64,000 bases of DNA from Octopus vulgaris (Eukaryota): the NCBI GenBank assembly GCA_951406725.2, contig OX597843.1, positions 15,314,001 through 15,378,000 of the forward strand, written 5' to 3'. The stretch's first letter is position 1; each line of letters opens with the position of its first letter. Positions 24,008-38,772 of the stretch are shown here, in pieces. A model generated the notes under the pieces. The model searched no databases, had not been told where the DNA came from, and was given only the letters and a program-made list of their open reading frames with translations. Made by a program: the position numbers and the translations under genes.

Positions 24008-26806
24008 TATATTCATTACAGATAAAGGGTGAAATATAATTAATTTAATAAAATCAACAAATTTCACCTAGTAGTATTTCCGTATGGAAAAGGACCATAT
24101 TCAGTAAAAATTTGTATAATTATAACAATAAGGGTCTTTGCAACAAGTTCCTTGACCACCGAAAATTTTCGCTTGATCAGAAAAATAAGAGATAAGTTTT
24201 CCTAGCATTTCTAGATTTATCGGAATATTATGTTGATGAAGGAAATGAATCTTATGATTCTAATCCAGAAACGTATGCGTCCATAATTGACCGTGGACTC
24301 TCTCTCTTTTACTTGTTTCAGTCATTTGACTGCGGCCATGCTGGAGCACCGCCTTTAGTCGAGCAAATCGACCCCGGGACTTATTCTTTTGTAAGCCCAG
24401 TACTTATTCTATCGGTCTCTTTTGCCGAACCGCTACGTGACGGGGACGTAAACACACCAGCATCAGTTGTCAAGCAATGCTGGGGTGACAAACACAGACA
24501 CACACGCACATATATATATATACATATATACGACAGGCTTCTTTCAGTTTCCGTCTACCAAATCCACTCACAAGGCTTTGGTCGGCCTGGGGCTATAGCA
24601 GAAGACACTTGCCCAAGATGCCACGCAGTGGGACTGAACCCAGAACCATGTGGTTGGTTAGCAAGCTACTTACCACACAGCCACTCCTGCGCCTATATTT
24701 TCGTTATTTTTCTTCTTTTTTTGCCATATAATGAGTTACAAATATTGTTCTCTGTGGAGACATATTTTTGTAATAAAAAGAAATAGCAGTCCTCTGGCTG
24801 CTATTTCTAAAATTTTCGGTATGTGGTCAAGCAACTTGTTGCAAAGACCCTTATTGTTATAATTATATATATATATATATATGAGATGGGCTTCTTTCAG
24901 TTTCCGTCTACCAAATCCACTCACAAGGCTTTGGTCAACCCGAGGCTATAGTAAAAGACACTAACTAGCCCCCAAGGTGCTATGCAGTGGAATTGAACCC
25001 AGAATCATGTGATTGGGAAGCAAACTCCTTACCACACAGTCATGCCATATATATATATATACATGCATATATACATACATGCACATACCTACATATATAT
25101 GTATATATACATACATGTACATACCTACATATATATGTATATATACATACATGTACATACCTACATATACATGCATATATACATACATGTACATACCTAC
25201 ATATACATGCATATATACATACATGTATGGGTAGAAGACATCAAAACACATCAACAACAAAAACAGGGAAAACAAACATTTTTCGAACAACAAAAGCAAC
25301 AAAAAGGAGAAAGAAGGCATAAAGAATAACCCCTTCATCAGTTGTCCCCTATTTTATCTACTCAGCATTTTGAATCTTTGGGACAAGGTGTGTTTTCATC
25401 AAAACAGTCGTTCCCGAAAAAAGCAAATTAAATAAAATTTGGGATTTGCAGAGGGTTAAAAGGGGCAACAGAAACAGGGCAGTAAAAAATAAAACAATAA
25501 AATTTTATAAGAGATAAATAATTATAAAAAAGGGGTCATGAAGTAGCAGCTTGCTAGAAATAAGAGCTAAAATAGTTAAACAAGCCAGCAACCAAACTCA
25601 CTGAAAAATCATAACAGGCCAACATTGATTTTGGTGTCTTGAGTATTTTAGCTCTTATTTCTAGCAAGCTTGTACTTCATTTACCCTCTGTTATAATTAT
25701 TTATTAATTATAAAATTTTAATGATTAGCCAATTAACAGCATTATTGCTTGCCAACCACTATCATTGTTATTATTATTATTATTATTATTTATATATTTA
25801 CTGCTAATGATAATAATAATAATATCTATATGAATATTCGTTTGAATATTTACTTGACGCAGCCTGGCCAGTAATGATTTTTCTGCAACATATGGATAGT
25901 TTATCCTGTTCAGGCTGGTTTACTAGCATCATCATGCACTTGAGAATAAATTATTTCTCTATCATATATATATATACTCTCTTTTTACTCTTTTACTTGT
26001 TTCAGTCATTTGACTGCGGCCATGCTGGAGCACCGCCTTTAGTCGAGCAAAATCGACCCCGGGACTTATTCTTTGTAAGCCCAGTACTTATTCTATTGGT
26101 CTCTTTTGCCGAACCGCTAAGTGACGGGGACGTAAACACACCAGCATCAGTTGTCAAGCAATGCTAGGGGGACAAACACACACATACATATATATACATA
26201 TTTTTTTTTTTTTTTTTTTTAGTACTTGTTTCAGTCATTTGACTGCGGCCATGCTGGAGCACCGCCTTTAGAGTGGTGAAAGAGTACAGCAGGGATCACC
26301 ACCTCCTGCCGGAGCCTCGTGGAGCTTTTAGGTGTTTTTTTCGCTCAATAAACACACACAACGCCCGGTCTGGGAATCGAAACCGCGATCCTCCGACCGC
26401 AAGTCCGCTGCCCTAACCACTAGGCCATTGCGCCTATATGACAGGCTTCTTTCAGTTTCCGTCTACCAAATCCACTCACAAGGCATTGGTCGGCCCGGGG
26501 CTATAGCAGAAGACACTTACCCAAGATGCCACGCAGTGAGACTGAACCCGGAACCATGTTGCTGGTTAGCAAGCTACTTACCACACAGCCACTCCTGCGC
26601 CTATATATATATATCATTAATTTTTAATTTTATCTTTTATATTTTTAAATTAATTTTATGTATTGGCTTATGTTTTTCACTGTTTGATTTGCCTAATAGT
26701 GGTTTTATCTCTAATTTAATATAATATATATATGATACAGAAATACGCCATGATAGATCGTTAGCTCCTACACGCATTTTTTCTCGCCTTGTTTCTTTTC
26801 TGTGTA

Positions 26807-26844
26807 TCTTTCTGTTGAAGAGCGTAGGCTCGAAATGTTAAAGA
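26807..26844 (+). ncRNA. Degenerate minimal hammerhead-like motif in a Penelope-type fragment (related remnant at 205-290)
   Basis: UCUUU-CUGUUGA-A-GAGC(GUAG)GCUC-GAA-AUGU-U|AAAGA. A6->U and a stem III change. Confidence 0.5.
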
Positions 26845-27738
26845 CTTATTCTATTTCTATTCCTGAGCGCCATACTAATACATTTGTTTGTTTGTACTCC
26901 ACCTGCCTTTGTCTTGTGTTTATTTTCGTAAACCTACCCATTATATATATATATACACATACACACACACATACAAGCATTTCCAAAATTTACCTAATCC
27001 CTTACAAAACCTTTTTCCCAAACTTTAAACACCAAAATTTTGGGGTTCCTTATACATGTTAAAACATCATCATCATCATCATCATCATTTAGCGTCCGTT
27101 TTCCATGCTAGCATGGGTTGGACGGTTTAACTGGGGTCTGTGAAGCCGGGAGGCTTCATCAGGCCCAGTCAGATTTGGCAGTGTTTCAACGGCTGGATGC
27201 CCTTCCTAACGCCAACCACTCCGTGAGTGTAGTGGGTGCTTTTTATGTGCCACCTGCACAGGTGCCAGACAAAGCTGGCAAACGGCCACAATCGGATGGT
27301 GCTTTTACATGTCACCGACACAGATGCCAGTCAGGTGGCGCTGGCTATGGCCACGTTCGGGCGGTGCTTTTTACATGCCACCTGCACAGGTGCCAGACAA
27401 AGCTGGCAAACGGCCACGAACGGACGGTGCTTTTACGTGCTACCGGCACGGGGGCCAGGCGAGGCTGGCAACGGACACAAACGGAGGGTGCTTTTACGTG
27501 CTACCGGCACGGGGGCCAGGCGAGGCTGGCAACGGACACAAACGGACGCTGCTTTATATATATAGCAAAAGAGGGAGTGGTGTTTCCACGCAGGAAAAAA
27601 AATATATAGGAAAATGTGTTGCTGGAAATGCACTTAGATTTCAAAAACTTGTAAATGTTTAAAATACATTTATTTACATAAATAGTTTAAACATTTACAA
27701 GTTTTTGAAATTTAAGTGCATTTTCAGCAACACATTTT

Positions 27739-27777
<39 letters not shown>

Positions 27778-28461
27778 AATAGGCTCCTTTCACAAGCCTT
27801 TGGTTGGCCTGAGAATATAGTAAAAGACACTTGACCCCCACCCCCAGGTACCACGCACTGGGACTGAACCCAGGACTATGTGGTTGGGGAGCAAGCTTCT
27901 TACCACACAGCCACTCCTGCTGATTACTCCTTGTTGTCAGCCCTTTACTGGACCCTGAACATACCCCGGTACACATCACCTCAGCTTCTTCTGTCCTGAA
28001 GACTCCCAGACATAACACTTTATTTTCCTGTCTCCTGACATCAAAGGCCGAGTCGTGACCTCATGTCATTTAACCCCTCCTGGGCCCCCACCACCAGCTG
28101 ACCAACAAATGGGGCACAGACTACGTGGGGTCTGCTTGATTTCTCCCTGGATCCTGTGAGTGCAAGGGGCTTGACTAATGCAGCTCCCGAGAGAGAAGAA
28201 AACCCCTCAGCATACATTGCAGACACACAAAAGAAAAAAGGGTGACGGGTCCTTGCCAAGCTTAGGGGCTCATGGGGCCTGTTTTACCATACATGGCCCC
28301 CCTGGATGGGACGCCGGTCTGTCACTGAATTACTCCCCAATTTTGGCAGCTGAGCGGATTGGGGAGCTGTGAAGTGAAGGGCTTCATTCAAGAAGACAAT
28401 GCATTGCCTGCTCCAGGAATTGAAACCAGAATCTTACACTCATGAGCCTCGGGCCTCCACT

Positions 28462-28498
<37 letters not shown>

Positions 28499-29127
28499 TC
28501 AGTCGGTATGTGGGTGTGGTGACAGCTGTTCTCAGTATAAATATAGATTAGTTCATGTTTAATTCAGTAATGATATTCGATGGGAATCGGGGGGGGTGTA
28601 GAGTTGCTGATGGTGGTGGTGGGGTGGTTGGGGCGATGGGGGTGGTGGTGGTGGTTGGGGGCGATGGGGGTGGTGGTGGTGGTTGGGGGCGATGGGGGTG
28701 GTGGTGGTGGTTGGGGCGATGGGGGTGGGGGTTGGTGCGATGGGGGTGGTGGTGGTGGTTGGGGCGATGGGGGTGGTGGTGGTGGGAGGGTGATGGCGAT
28801 TGAGGTAGTGGTAGTGTTGTAAGTGGTGGTGGTGGTGGTGGTAGCAATGCAGAGGTGGTTAGGGTAGTAGCTGTGAGAGTGGGTAGTAGTAGTAGTAGTA
28901 GTAGTAGCAGCAGCTGCAGTAGTAACAACAGTAGCGATGGTGGTGGTAGTGGTGTAGTTGATAACAGTATTATTATTATTATTATTATTAGTTGTTGTTG
29001 TTATTCATTACACCCACATGAACCTACACTGTTCAAAAACAACCCAGCCATGACCATCTCCATAAAAGTGGAGCATCCTTTTAGATCCCCACAACTTAAT
29101 AAATATACAAACACATATGTATACATA

Positions 29128-29167
<40 letters not shown>

Positions 29168-29400
29168 AGTGTATAAGGGATCTCAGTGTAGGACCTTTGT
29201 AAATTTCAAGCAGTCCCTGGCAGGTATAAAAACCAAAAAGTGGTTTTACACATGTAATTAGAGTATTCTTGGCCAATTGAGAACCCCTTATTACACCAGA
29301 CGATCAGTAGGCTAAGAAACATGTAACCTGAATTTTACCTGTTCAACTCCCTCAATTTGCATACATACATACATACATACACACACATACACACACTCAC

Positions 29401-29443
<43 letters not shown>

Positions 29444-29778
29444 TACACACACATACATACACTCACACATACATACATACATACATATATATGTTATATG
29501 AACATTCATTTAATAGACACACACAAACACATATATTCACCTAATATAGACACATACACACAGAAATACACACACACACACACACTGAATACAAACGTGT
29601 GTGTGTTGCTCTTTTGCTCTTTTACTTGTTTCAGTCATTTGACTGTGGCCATGCTGGAGCACCGCCTTTAGTCGAGCAAATCGACCCCAGGACTCATTCT
29701 TTGTAAGCCTAGTACTTATTTTATCGGTCTCTTTTGCTGAACCGCTAAGTGTGTGTATATATATATATATATACACAA

Positions 29779-29811
<33 letters not shown>

Positions 29812-30595
29812 CTCACATAGATACATCTTGTACAGATATTTTTTCATACACATGCTAATACAGACATATATATAAAAATGCACAAAAACACACCAACAAA
29901 CACACATAAACACATCCAGATACAAACAGACACAAAACAAAAACACATACATGCATAAAGAAACGCATACACACACACAGGCACACCCACCCACAAACAC
30001 ACATACGTTCCATTCAGGAGACAACACAAAGCTCTCTTCTTAATAATTTTGAAGGAGGAGGGGTTTAGAGGTCGGACACGGAAGAGTGAATTTGTGATGC
30101 TTTAACGAATATTGGTGTGTTGGCCTAATTAGGGAAATAGGCTGCCAGCTGTTGCTCATTATTGACATTAATTACATGCGTACACACACACACACACACA
30201 TACATGTATACACACACACATACCTGCAAGTTAGGCAGGTAGATAGGCACAGGTGTGGCTGTGTGGTAAGAAGCTTGCTTCCCAACCACATGGTTCTGGG
30301 TTCAGTCCAACTGTGTGGCACCTTGGGCAAGTGTCCTCTGGCCGACCAAAGCCTTGTGTGTGGATTTGGTAGACAGAAACTGAAAGAAGCCCGTTGTATC
30401 ATCATCATCATCATCATCACAAAGTATGGGGGTTTATTTCACAGGTGATCTAAATGATTAGGTACGCCAGGTAAGTGCTGTAACGGATTACTAACACTTT
30501 CCATGCTGGCATGGGTTGGACAATTTGACTGAGGACTGGCAAACCAGATGGCTGCACCAGGCTCCTAACTGATCTGGTAGCATTTCTACATATAT

Positions 30596-30635
<40 letters not shown>

Positions 30636-31534
30636 TCATCATCATCACCATCATCGTTGAGCGTCCGTTTTCCATGCTAGCATGGGTTGGACAGTTCAAC
30701 TGGGGTCTGTGAAGCCGGAAGGCTTCATCAGGCCTAGTCAGATCTGGCAGTGTTTCTACGGCTGGATGCCCTTCCTAATGCCAACCACTCCGTGAGTGTA
30801 GTGGGTGCTTTTCACATGCCACCCGCACAGGTGCCAGACAGAGCATATATATATATAGATATAGATATATATATATATATATATATATAGGTGTATATAT
30901 GTTTGTGTGCCTGTGTTTGTCTCCCCTATCATCGCTTGATGGCTGATGTTGATGTGTTTATGTCCCTGTAACTTAGCGGTTCAGCAAAAGAGACCGATAG
31001 AATAAGTACTAGGCTTACAAAGAATAAGTCTTGGGGTGAATTTGTTCGACTAAAGGCAGTGCTGTAGCATGGCCACAGTCAAATGACTGAAACAAGTAAA
31101 AGAGCAAAGGAATATGGTTACATAAAACAGTCCAACTTACACAGAGTAGAAATGATATCATTAAATAAAAAGGGTTCAACAAGAGGTTTTTCATTCCTGA
31201 TATCGTTTCCATTCTTATGTATACGTATCTACATTTTTTTGTATTAAATGTATTTAATATTTTTTGAATATCAACTTGCTTGTCCTTACATTTACTCCTC
31301 TATCTGCTCAAGTTCAAATCTCTTGAGTACTACGAAGTGTATTCTGTACGGAGAAACCTGTCTCTAATCTATATATATATATATGTATATATATTATGGA
31401 GATGTACTCGCATAGCAAGTAATTTGATCTGAGATCGTGTGCTGGAACGAAAACAATTGCAGCGTGGAAGGTGTTTATAAGCCATTTAAGAAACACACAA
31501 AAGCCGTTCGATTCACTTCAACATTTAAGTTTAA

Positions 31535-31584
31535 TTTGTCAAAATATTTTCGTCGCTAAAATCCGCGACCTGTTCACTGACAAA
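31535..31584 (-). ncRNA. Minimal type I hammerhead ribozyme with G3:C8 core variant
   Basis: UUUGUCA-GUGAACA-G-GUCGC(GGAUUUUA)GCGAC-GAA-AAUAUU-U|UGACAAA: 7-bp stem I, 5-bp stem II, palindromic stem III. Confidence 0.7.
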
Positions 31585-32827
31585 GTCCGTGCTGCAAATT
31601 AAACTTAAATGTTGAAGTGAATCGAACAGCTTTTGTGTGTTTCTTAAATGGCTTATAAACACCTTCCACGCTGCAATTGTATGTATATATATTTATAAGT
31701 TAATAAAAAGAAAATGGAGAAATGGAAAAATATAAAGTGGATAGTTGTTAAGTTTATTAGTATAACAATGAAAAAGTAATACATATAAGGGGATTCAGGA
31801 TATAAGGGGACCTGATCAACACGTGAAAGGACACAGTCAATTCCTGAAGATATCCAGCTAAATGGGCTTGTCTTTTTTTAAATGTAAAATGGCTTGAAAG
31901 TTGATAATTCAAACCTAAAGCTGGACTGAAACACACGCAAGATTTCTTTGCTTACTTCATTTGTAGATCCGGTCCCCTTATATCCTCAATCTTATACGCA
32001 TGACTTTTTCATTATGGCTGTGTGGTTAGGGAGCTTGCTTCCTAGCTACATGGTTTCGGGTTCAGTCCCACTGCGTGGCACTTTGGGTAGGTGTCTTCCA
32101 CTATAGCCCCGAGCCGACCGGAGCTTTGTGATTGAATTCGGTAGGTGGAAGTTACTGCCATGTGTGTATGTGTGCGTATAGCTGCTCAGTGCCTCTCCGA
32201 AAGAGAGAGAGAGGGATACTAATAAACCTAACCAAGTGTACAATATATTTTTTCTTCTCCATTTTCTTTCATTAACTTTACACATTATTGGACATAAATA
32301 TTGGGGAACTTTCTTTCAATATATTTGACACAAGTCGGAATCGAGATTGTTATAAATAATCCCTAACCAGGAAATTAAATCCTCACAACTTGAATCTCTC
32401 TCTCTCACACACACACACACTCCCACACACACACACACGAGGAGGTTTTGTCAGGATAAGAGGAACTAATAGGTATGCTTCCTGAGTGCTCAAATAGGTG
32501 AGCTACAAATGTGTGTGTGTTTTATTTTGAATGGGAGAGATAGTAATTGAGGTTTCTAATGAACCTTATATGCAGATGTATGTCTCAGCCAAAATGGTTC
32601 CTGGTTCAGTCCCACTGCATGGCACCTTGGGCAAGTGCATTCAACTATAGTCCCAGACTGACTAATGCTTTGTGAGTAAATTGGAAACTGAAAGAAGCCC
32701 ATCAGATATATATCACATCACTTTGTGTGTGTGTCTGTGTGTGTGTATATACATGTGTCAGTATCAGTGTGTTTGTGAATATGTCTACATGTATGTATGT
32801 CAGTGTGTGTTCTGTATATATATATAT

Positions 32828-32863
<36 letters not shown>

Positions 32864-32871
32864 TACATGTA

Positions 32872-33961
32872 TTGGGTCATCCCATAAATAATGCGACTTT
32901 TTTAGACTTATTTTATCTTATTTTATCTTTTCTTTGTCTAAAATATATTTTCCTTCATTTTCTACAATGCTCTTCCATCTATCTCGTAGACTTGCAAGGC
33001 CCCTCTTCCAAGATTCACTTGTCCTTGATGAAAAATACTCCTCCAGTTCTGTTCTGACCGTCTCAACAGAATTCATATTTTTTCCATTTAAATGATTTTG
33101 AAGACTTCTGAATGAATGATAATCAGACAGGGCAATGTCTGGTGAATATGGTGGGTGGGGCATCGTTTCCCATTCCAACTGCTCCAGCCTTTGGGATGCT
33201 ATCCTCGCTGTATGTGGGCAAGCATTATTCTGATGGAAGAACACCTTTTGTCTTGAAGCCAAAGATAATCCTTTTTCTTCTAGCGCTGATTTAAGCCCCT
33301 CAAGCTGCTCAAAGCAGATCTCCTTTGCTATCATTTGGTTTGGCTTTAAAAGTTCAAAGTGAACTAAAACTTTCATATCTCACCAAACAAATAACAACAC
33401 CTTACATGGGTGAAGACTTTCTTTAGCCTGCGGTGCCAGTGTTTCTCCTTTCCCTAACCACTGTCTTCAGAACTTGACATTTTTATAGAGAACTCACTTC
33501 TCATCACCAGTTAGCATTCGGTCCAAAGAAAGGTTCATTCATGAGATGTGACAGCAAAGAAGACCACACATTCACTCTCTGAATGCGATTAGACTTGGAA
33601 GGTTTGTGAGGAACCCATTGACCCAATTTGCTGACTTTCCGGATGTCAAATGGTTAAATGACCATATCCAAGCTTCTCTGCTAGTTCTTCAACAGTTACA
33701 ATGGGATTTTGTTCCACCAGGGTTTGCAGGACGTCCTTGTCCAGCTCTGCAGATCTTCCAGGATGAGGCTTCTCTTCTAGGCTGTAGTTTCCGGCTTGGA
33801 ATTTCTGCAACCACCCTTGACACTGGCTTCTGATTATTGTCCAATCCTCATATACTTCATTAAAATTCCTCGCACTTTCCAGTGCGTTGTTGCCTTTATT
33901 GAACTCATAAAAGCAAAATATGCCAAATATGGTCCTTTGTCACTTCTATCACAGCTTTGAA

Positions 33962-33992
<31 letters not shown>

Positions 33993-34441
33993 CTGTCGTT
34001 TAACATCCACCTTCCAATACTGGCATAGGTTGGACACTTTGATTGAGGTCTGGCAAGCCCAGAGGCTGCACCAGGCTCCAATCTGATTTGGGAAGGTTTC
34101 TACAGCTGGATGCCCTTCCTAATGCCAACCACTCCAAGAATATAGTAGCTGCTTTTTACATACCACCGGAATGAGAGCCATTCAGGCGGCACTGGCATCA
34201 ACCACACTTGAATAAAGCTTTTGACGTGCCACTCAGGTGGCACGGGCATCAGCCATACTTGAATGGTGATTTAACTGTTAAAATCAAACTGCACTCTTCA
34301 AAACTTGCACTAAGAATAAGGACAAGGTAAAGTTACTCCCTGCTTTTATAGTAAATTGATGCAGGCAGTTTATCCCATCCCCCTCTGACTTTCCATTGGT
34401 GTAATTGAAAAAAAAACTGCATTATTTATGGGATGACCCTA
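32872..34441 (-). mobile_element. Full-span decayed mariner with TIRs and TA flanks, carrying a nested RTE-tail insertion (33965-34270)
   Basis: TIR ttgggtcatcccataaataatgc / gcattatttatgggatgacccta. ORF 32918..33376 contains HQNNACPH and HPPYSPDIALSDYH. Confidence 0.92.
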
Positions 34442-34517
34442 TATGCATGTATATACATTTTGGATATGTGTGTAGCTGTGTGTGTGTAACCAAGGTGATA
34501 GAAAAGGCTCTACTTAC

Positions 34518-34584
34518 ATTGACAACCCTTTGATGTTGTCAGACAGGTTCTCACAGATAAATATTAGATAGGCACAACAGAAAC
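34518..34584 (-). CDS. Transporter exon C (67 nt): (G)FCCAYLIFICENLSDNIKGLS-I
   Basis: Acceptor tttctttccttcag and donor gtaagt. GFCCxYxIFIxxNL motif of SLC36/AVT3-like transporters; visible at the end of ORF 34514..34708. Confidence 0.95.
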
Positions 34585-34601
34585 CTGAAGGAAAGAAATA
34601 C

Positions 34602-34641
<40 letters not shown>

Positions 34642-35177
34642 AACATACACACATATATATATATATATATATTCTCATATATATAAAGCTACATATATTT
34701 ATATACATTTACATATATAGACACAAACAGATAATCACGGAGAAATATGAATTAATATCAACAATTATGCAAATGCACACACACATACATATGCATATAA
34801 ATGTATATTATAAACATATATACATAATCATATATATATATATATATATATATATTTCTTTATTGCCCACAGGGGACTAAACATAGAAGGGACAAACAAG
34901 AATAGACAAAGGGATTAAGTCGATTACATCACCCTCAATGTGTAACTGGTACTTATTTAATTGACCCCAGGAGGATGAAAGGGAAAGTCAACCGTGGCGG
35001 AATTTGAGATCAGAACATAATAGCAGACAAAATACCACTGAGCATTTCACCCATCCTGCTAACGATTCTGGCAGCTCACCACCCTAATCATATATACAGA
35101 CATTGACATACTAACATGAATGTTAAGTACAAGAAAATCAAGCAGTTATATATACTTATATATATAAGCATATATAT

Positions 35178-35214
<37 letters not shown>

Positions 35215-35614
35215 GCAATAAAGGGTGGAATATAATTAATTTAATAAAATTAATCAATTTCACCTAGTAGATTTATCGGTATGGAAAAGACCATATTTGG
35301 TAAGGGTTATAATAATTATAATTAAGGGTTAAATGCAACAAGTTGCTCAAAACCACATACCGAAAATATTAGAAACAGCAGCCAAAATTGATCACTATTT
35401 CCTCCACTAGTAAAAGTCTCCACAAACAAACAGAATTTGTAAGTTGTATATGGCAAAAAAGGCAGAAAATAATGAAAATAACGCTGGGATAGGCTGGGAT
35501 TTCATTATTTTCTGCCTTTTTTTGCCATATACAGCTTACAAATTCTGTTTGTTTGTGGAGACTTTTTATTAGTAGAGGACATAGTGGTCAATTTTGGCTG
35601 CTGTTTCTAATATT

Positions 35615-35651
<37 letters not shown>

Positions 35652-35892
35652 ATTATATTAAGGGAGCAAAGCAAAGTGGCTGTCCTGAAATTAATGCCAA
35701 AGCACTAAAAAAACTACGGCAAAACTGCAAAAAGGACAGAGGTTGTAGTGAAGCAAATGAAAAAATACTAAAAAAGATTTCACTTTAATTGTGAATTGGG
35801 TCCAATTTCTGGATTAAGGCCATAAAAAGTGCTTTTTTCCTTCATGAACACAATACACAAGAAATATATATACAAATAATTATACATACCAG

Positions 35893-35943
<51 letters not shown>

Positions 35944-36920
35944 CCTTTAAATTTGTTTACAGGAAGCATTTTTGAATCTGTATATAAAAGCTCCTTTATT
36001 ATTATACTGGCTCCTGCCTTTTGATAGAGACAGCAGTGTTTGGGGGTTGCACCAAACTGTGCCGATATGCTGTAGGCTATACATAGTAATAATAATGATC
36101 CATAAATGGGATTTATAAATTTTCTAATGCCCCACTACGCGGGTTTCCACAAATCACAAATTCCTTATGATCATAGTCTGTATTCCAGGGGGTGATTAGA
36201 GTACAGTCGGCAATATCCGTGGACATTGGGTGGATCATAGCCATGCGTTCCTTTCTTTGGGCTCTATGCCATTAGTGGTGGAGGTAGTGGATGTATAACT
36301 GAAGGGTGTTTATCAATTTTGGCCAGTGAAAAGGAGGATTGGGGTTTGTGGGCAGTTCTGTGTGTATTTGGTGGGGAAGAGAGAAAGGAATGGAAAGGAA
36401 GGTGTGGGGGGGGATCAAGGCTGTGAAGTCGAAACAAAACACTCCGACTCCAACTCCTCTTTATGTAATTAAGGGATTCTGGTCTACATATCTCATAAAA
36501 CATATGCATACACTTGTACTTTGAAGGGGCCCATATGTTGTATTGTGAGTCGGAGTCAAAATGGTTTTACCAACTCTGACTCTGACTCTAGCTACCCCTT
36601 AATTGGTTTTGACTCCACTTAGCATGCAGATGTCAGGATCGGTAGTATAGTTCATTGGTTTGCCCTTAGTCACAGCAAGCACCCCCCCCCTCAAGGAATT
36701 CAGATGTAGTAAGATCAACAAGTACAGCAATCCCTGATACCTGAGGTCTCAAACATACATTATACATATTGTTAAGCGCTAGTAAATGCAGTTTTCCTCT
36801 AACGAGGGTCTCATTAAAGACATACAGTGTTAAAAAAAAAAGAAACGGAGCATAACCTCAATGCAAGGCAAAACAAAATTGGGACTAGTTGATTACACTG
36901 ACCCCAGTATGCAACTGGTA

Positions 36921-37434
36921 CCGTAAATCGTCAAGTATAATCTGCATTTTTCCCCCGCAAAATTTAAAGGTCAAAATCCCTACTGCGTATTACACACAAG
37001 GTTAAAAATGAAAAATATTTTCTAAGCAATGTCCGAGTCTCTATTTGCTGTCCGGCAATGTTTATTCAGACGCATTTTGTGTTGTCAGGCGTGAAAATAC
37101 CTGAAGCTCAGCCCGAAAGCAATAAAGTCATAAAAGAATCATCCATAACTTGCAGTAAGCAACATTTATTAAACGTTATTACTGTTATTTTTTTATTTTC
37201 TGCAAACAAAATGCACAAAAAAGCTACACGTTTGCATTATGTTATATATACAATACTAATAAAGGGCGTTACCGTATACATTTTTACAAACCAAGGACGC
37301 TATATAGACCTCCTTGACTCAAGTTAGAGAAGGGTTGCATATTATACCCAAGGTTTAGGTTTTTCAGAGGTACAGCCCCTTAAAAATCCCCTGCGTATTA
37401 TACTCAAGGGAGGACTATACTCGAGGATTTACGG
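36921..37434. mobile_element. Tc1/mariner-superfamily MITE inserted into a Nin-type SINE
   Basis: TA|ccgtaaatc...gatttacgg|TA; flanks rejoin as SINE sequence (gcaactggta...cttaatttatcgacccc). Confidence 0.8.
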
Positions 37435-38005
37435 TACTTAATTTATCGACCCCGAAAGGATGAAAGGCAAAGTCAAACATGACAGAATTTGAACTCAGAA
37501 AGTATAGACAGGCGAAATGCCGCTAAACAAAATGAGAATGGCTAGCATTGTCATTTTGCCATTTTTGCTGTTCATTTGTGTGAAATACTCTGATGCCTTC
37601 AGGAAAAAATTCAAAATAGCCTGCTATTTCTCTTCAATGAAAAACTGCAAGTACCAGCATTTAACATTAAGTGATATTGAGGAGATTGAAATTAATGGGA
37701 AACTTCTAACACACAGGCAAGGGTTGAGGACAGGAAAGGCATCTGGCCACAGAAGTAAATCTGCCACGACTAATTCTGTCCAACCGTTGCAAGCATGGAA
37801 GAGAGGACATTGAATCAATGATGATGATGATGATGATGGTATGCGGAATTGGCCAAAAGTTACCAGACAGTAAATCATAATTCCATTAATACTCTCTGCT
37901 GTGATTCTGTACTGACTCAAATGGAAAAATGTGTCGCTCAAGAAGGATTTCAGTTTGAACAATTTTTGTGATGTTTCACATCAAGACTTTTATATTCATT
38001 CAGTT

Positions 38006-38645
38006 CATCATCATCATCATCATCATCGTTTAACGTCCGCTTTCCATGCTAGCATGGGTTGGACGGTTAAACTGGGGTCTGGCAAGCCCGAAGGCTACAC
38101 CAGGCCAGTCAGATCTGGCAGTGTTTCTGGATGCCCTTCCTAACGCCAACCACTCCGAGTGTAGTGGGTGATTTTATGCCACCGACACAGGTGCCAGACG
38201 AGGCTGGCAGACGGCCACGAACGGATGGTGTTTTTATCCGACCGACACAGGTGCCAGACAAGGCTGGCAGACGGCCACGTCGGATGGTGTTTTTATGTGC
38301 CACCGACACAGGTGCCAGACGAGGCTGGCAGACGGCCACGCTCGGATGGTGTTTTCGGTGTTTTTATGTGCCACCGACACAGGTGCCAGACAAGGCTGGC
38401 AGACGGCCACGCTCGGATGGTGTTTTTTATGTGCCACCGACACAGGTGCCAGACGAGGCTGGCAGATGGCCACGCTTGGATGGTGTTTTTTATGTGCCAC
38501 CGACACAGGTGCCAGACAAGGCTGGCAGATGGCCACGCTCGGATGGTGTTTGTTACGTGCCCTCAGCACGGAGGCCAGTCGATGCGGTACTGGCTACGGC
38601 CACGTTCGGATGGTTTTCTTATGTGCCACCGGCACTGGTACCACA
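38006..38645 (-). mobile_element. RTE 3'UTR-derived element with ~6-7 copies of a ~59-bp unit
   Basis: (CAT)n tail plus repeated gtgccaccgacacaggtgccagac. Confidence 0.85.
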
Positions 38646-38772
38646 AAGATTGTTAAACAGAAATAAATTTTGGAATTAAAGGTTTTGATTTAGTGTCAAG
38701 TGACTTTTGGCCAACCCTGCTGTATACATGACAAGGAGAATATCAAGAGATTGGAAATTGTGTGTTACTCAC

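Noticed and set aside
28555-28940. G-rich tract with Gly/Trp- or Pro/His-rich ORFs
   Set aside because: Low-complexity (GGT)n-derived minisatellite; G4 potential only.
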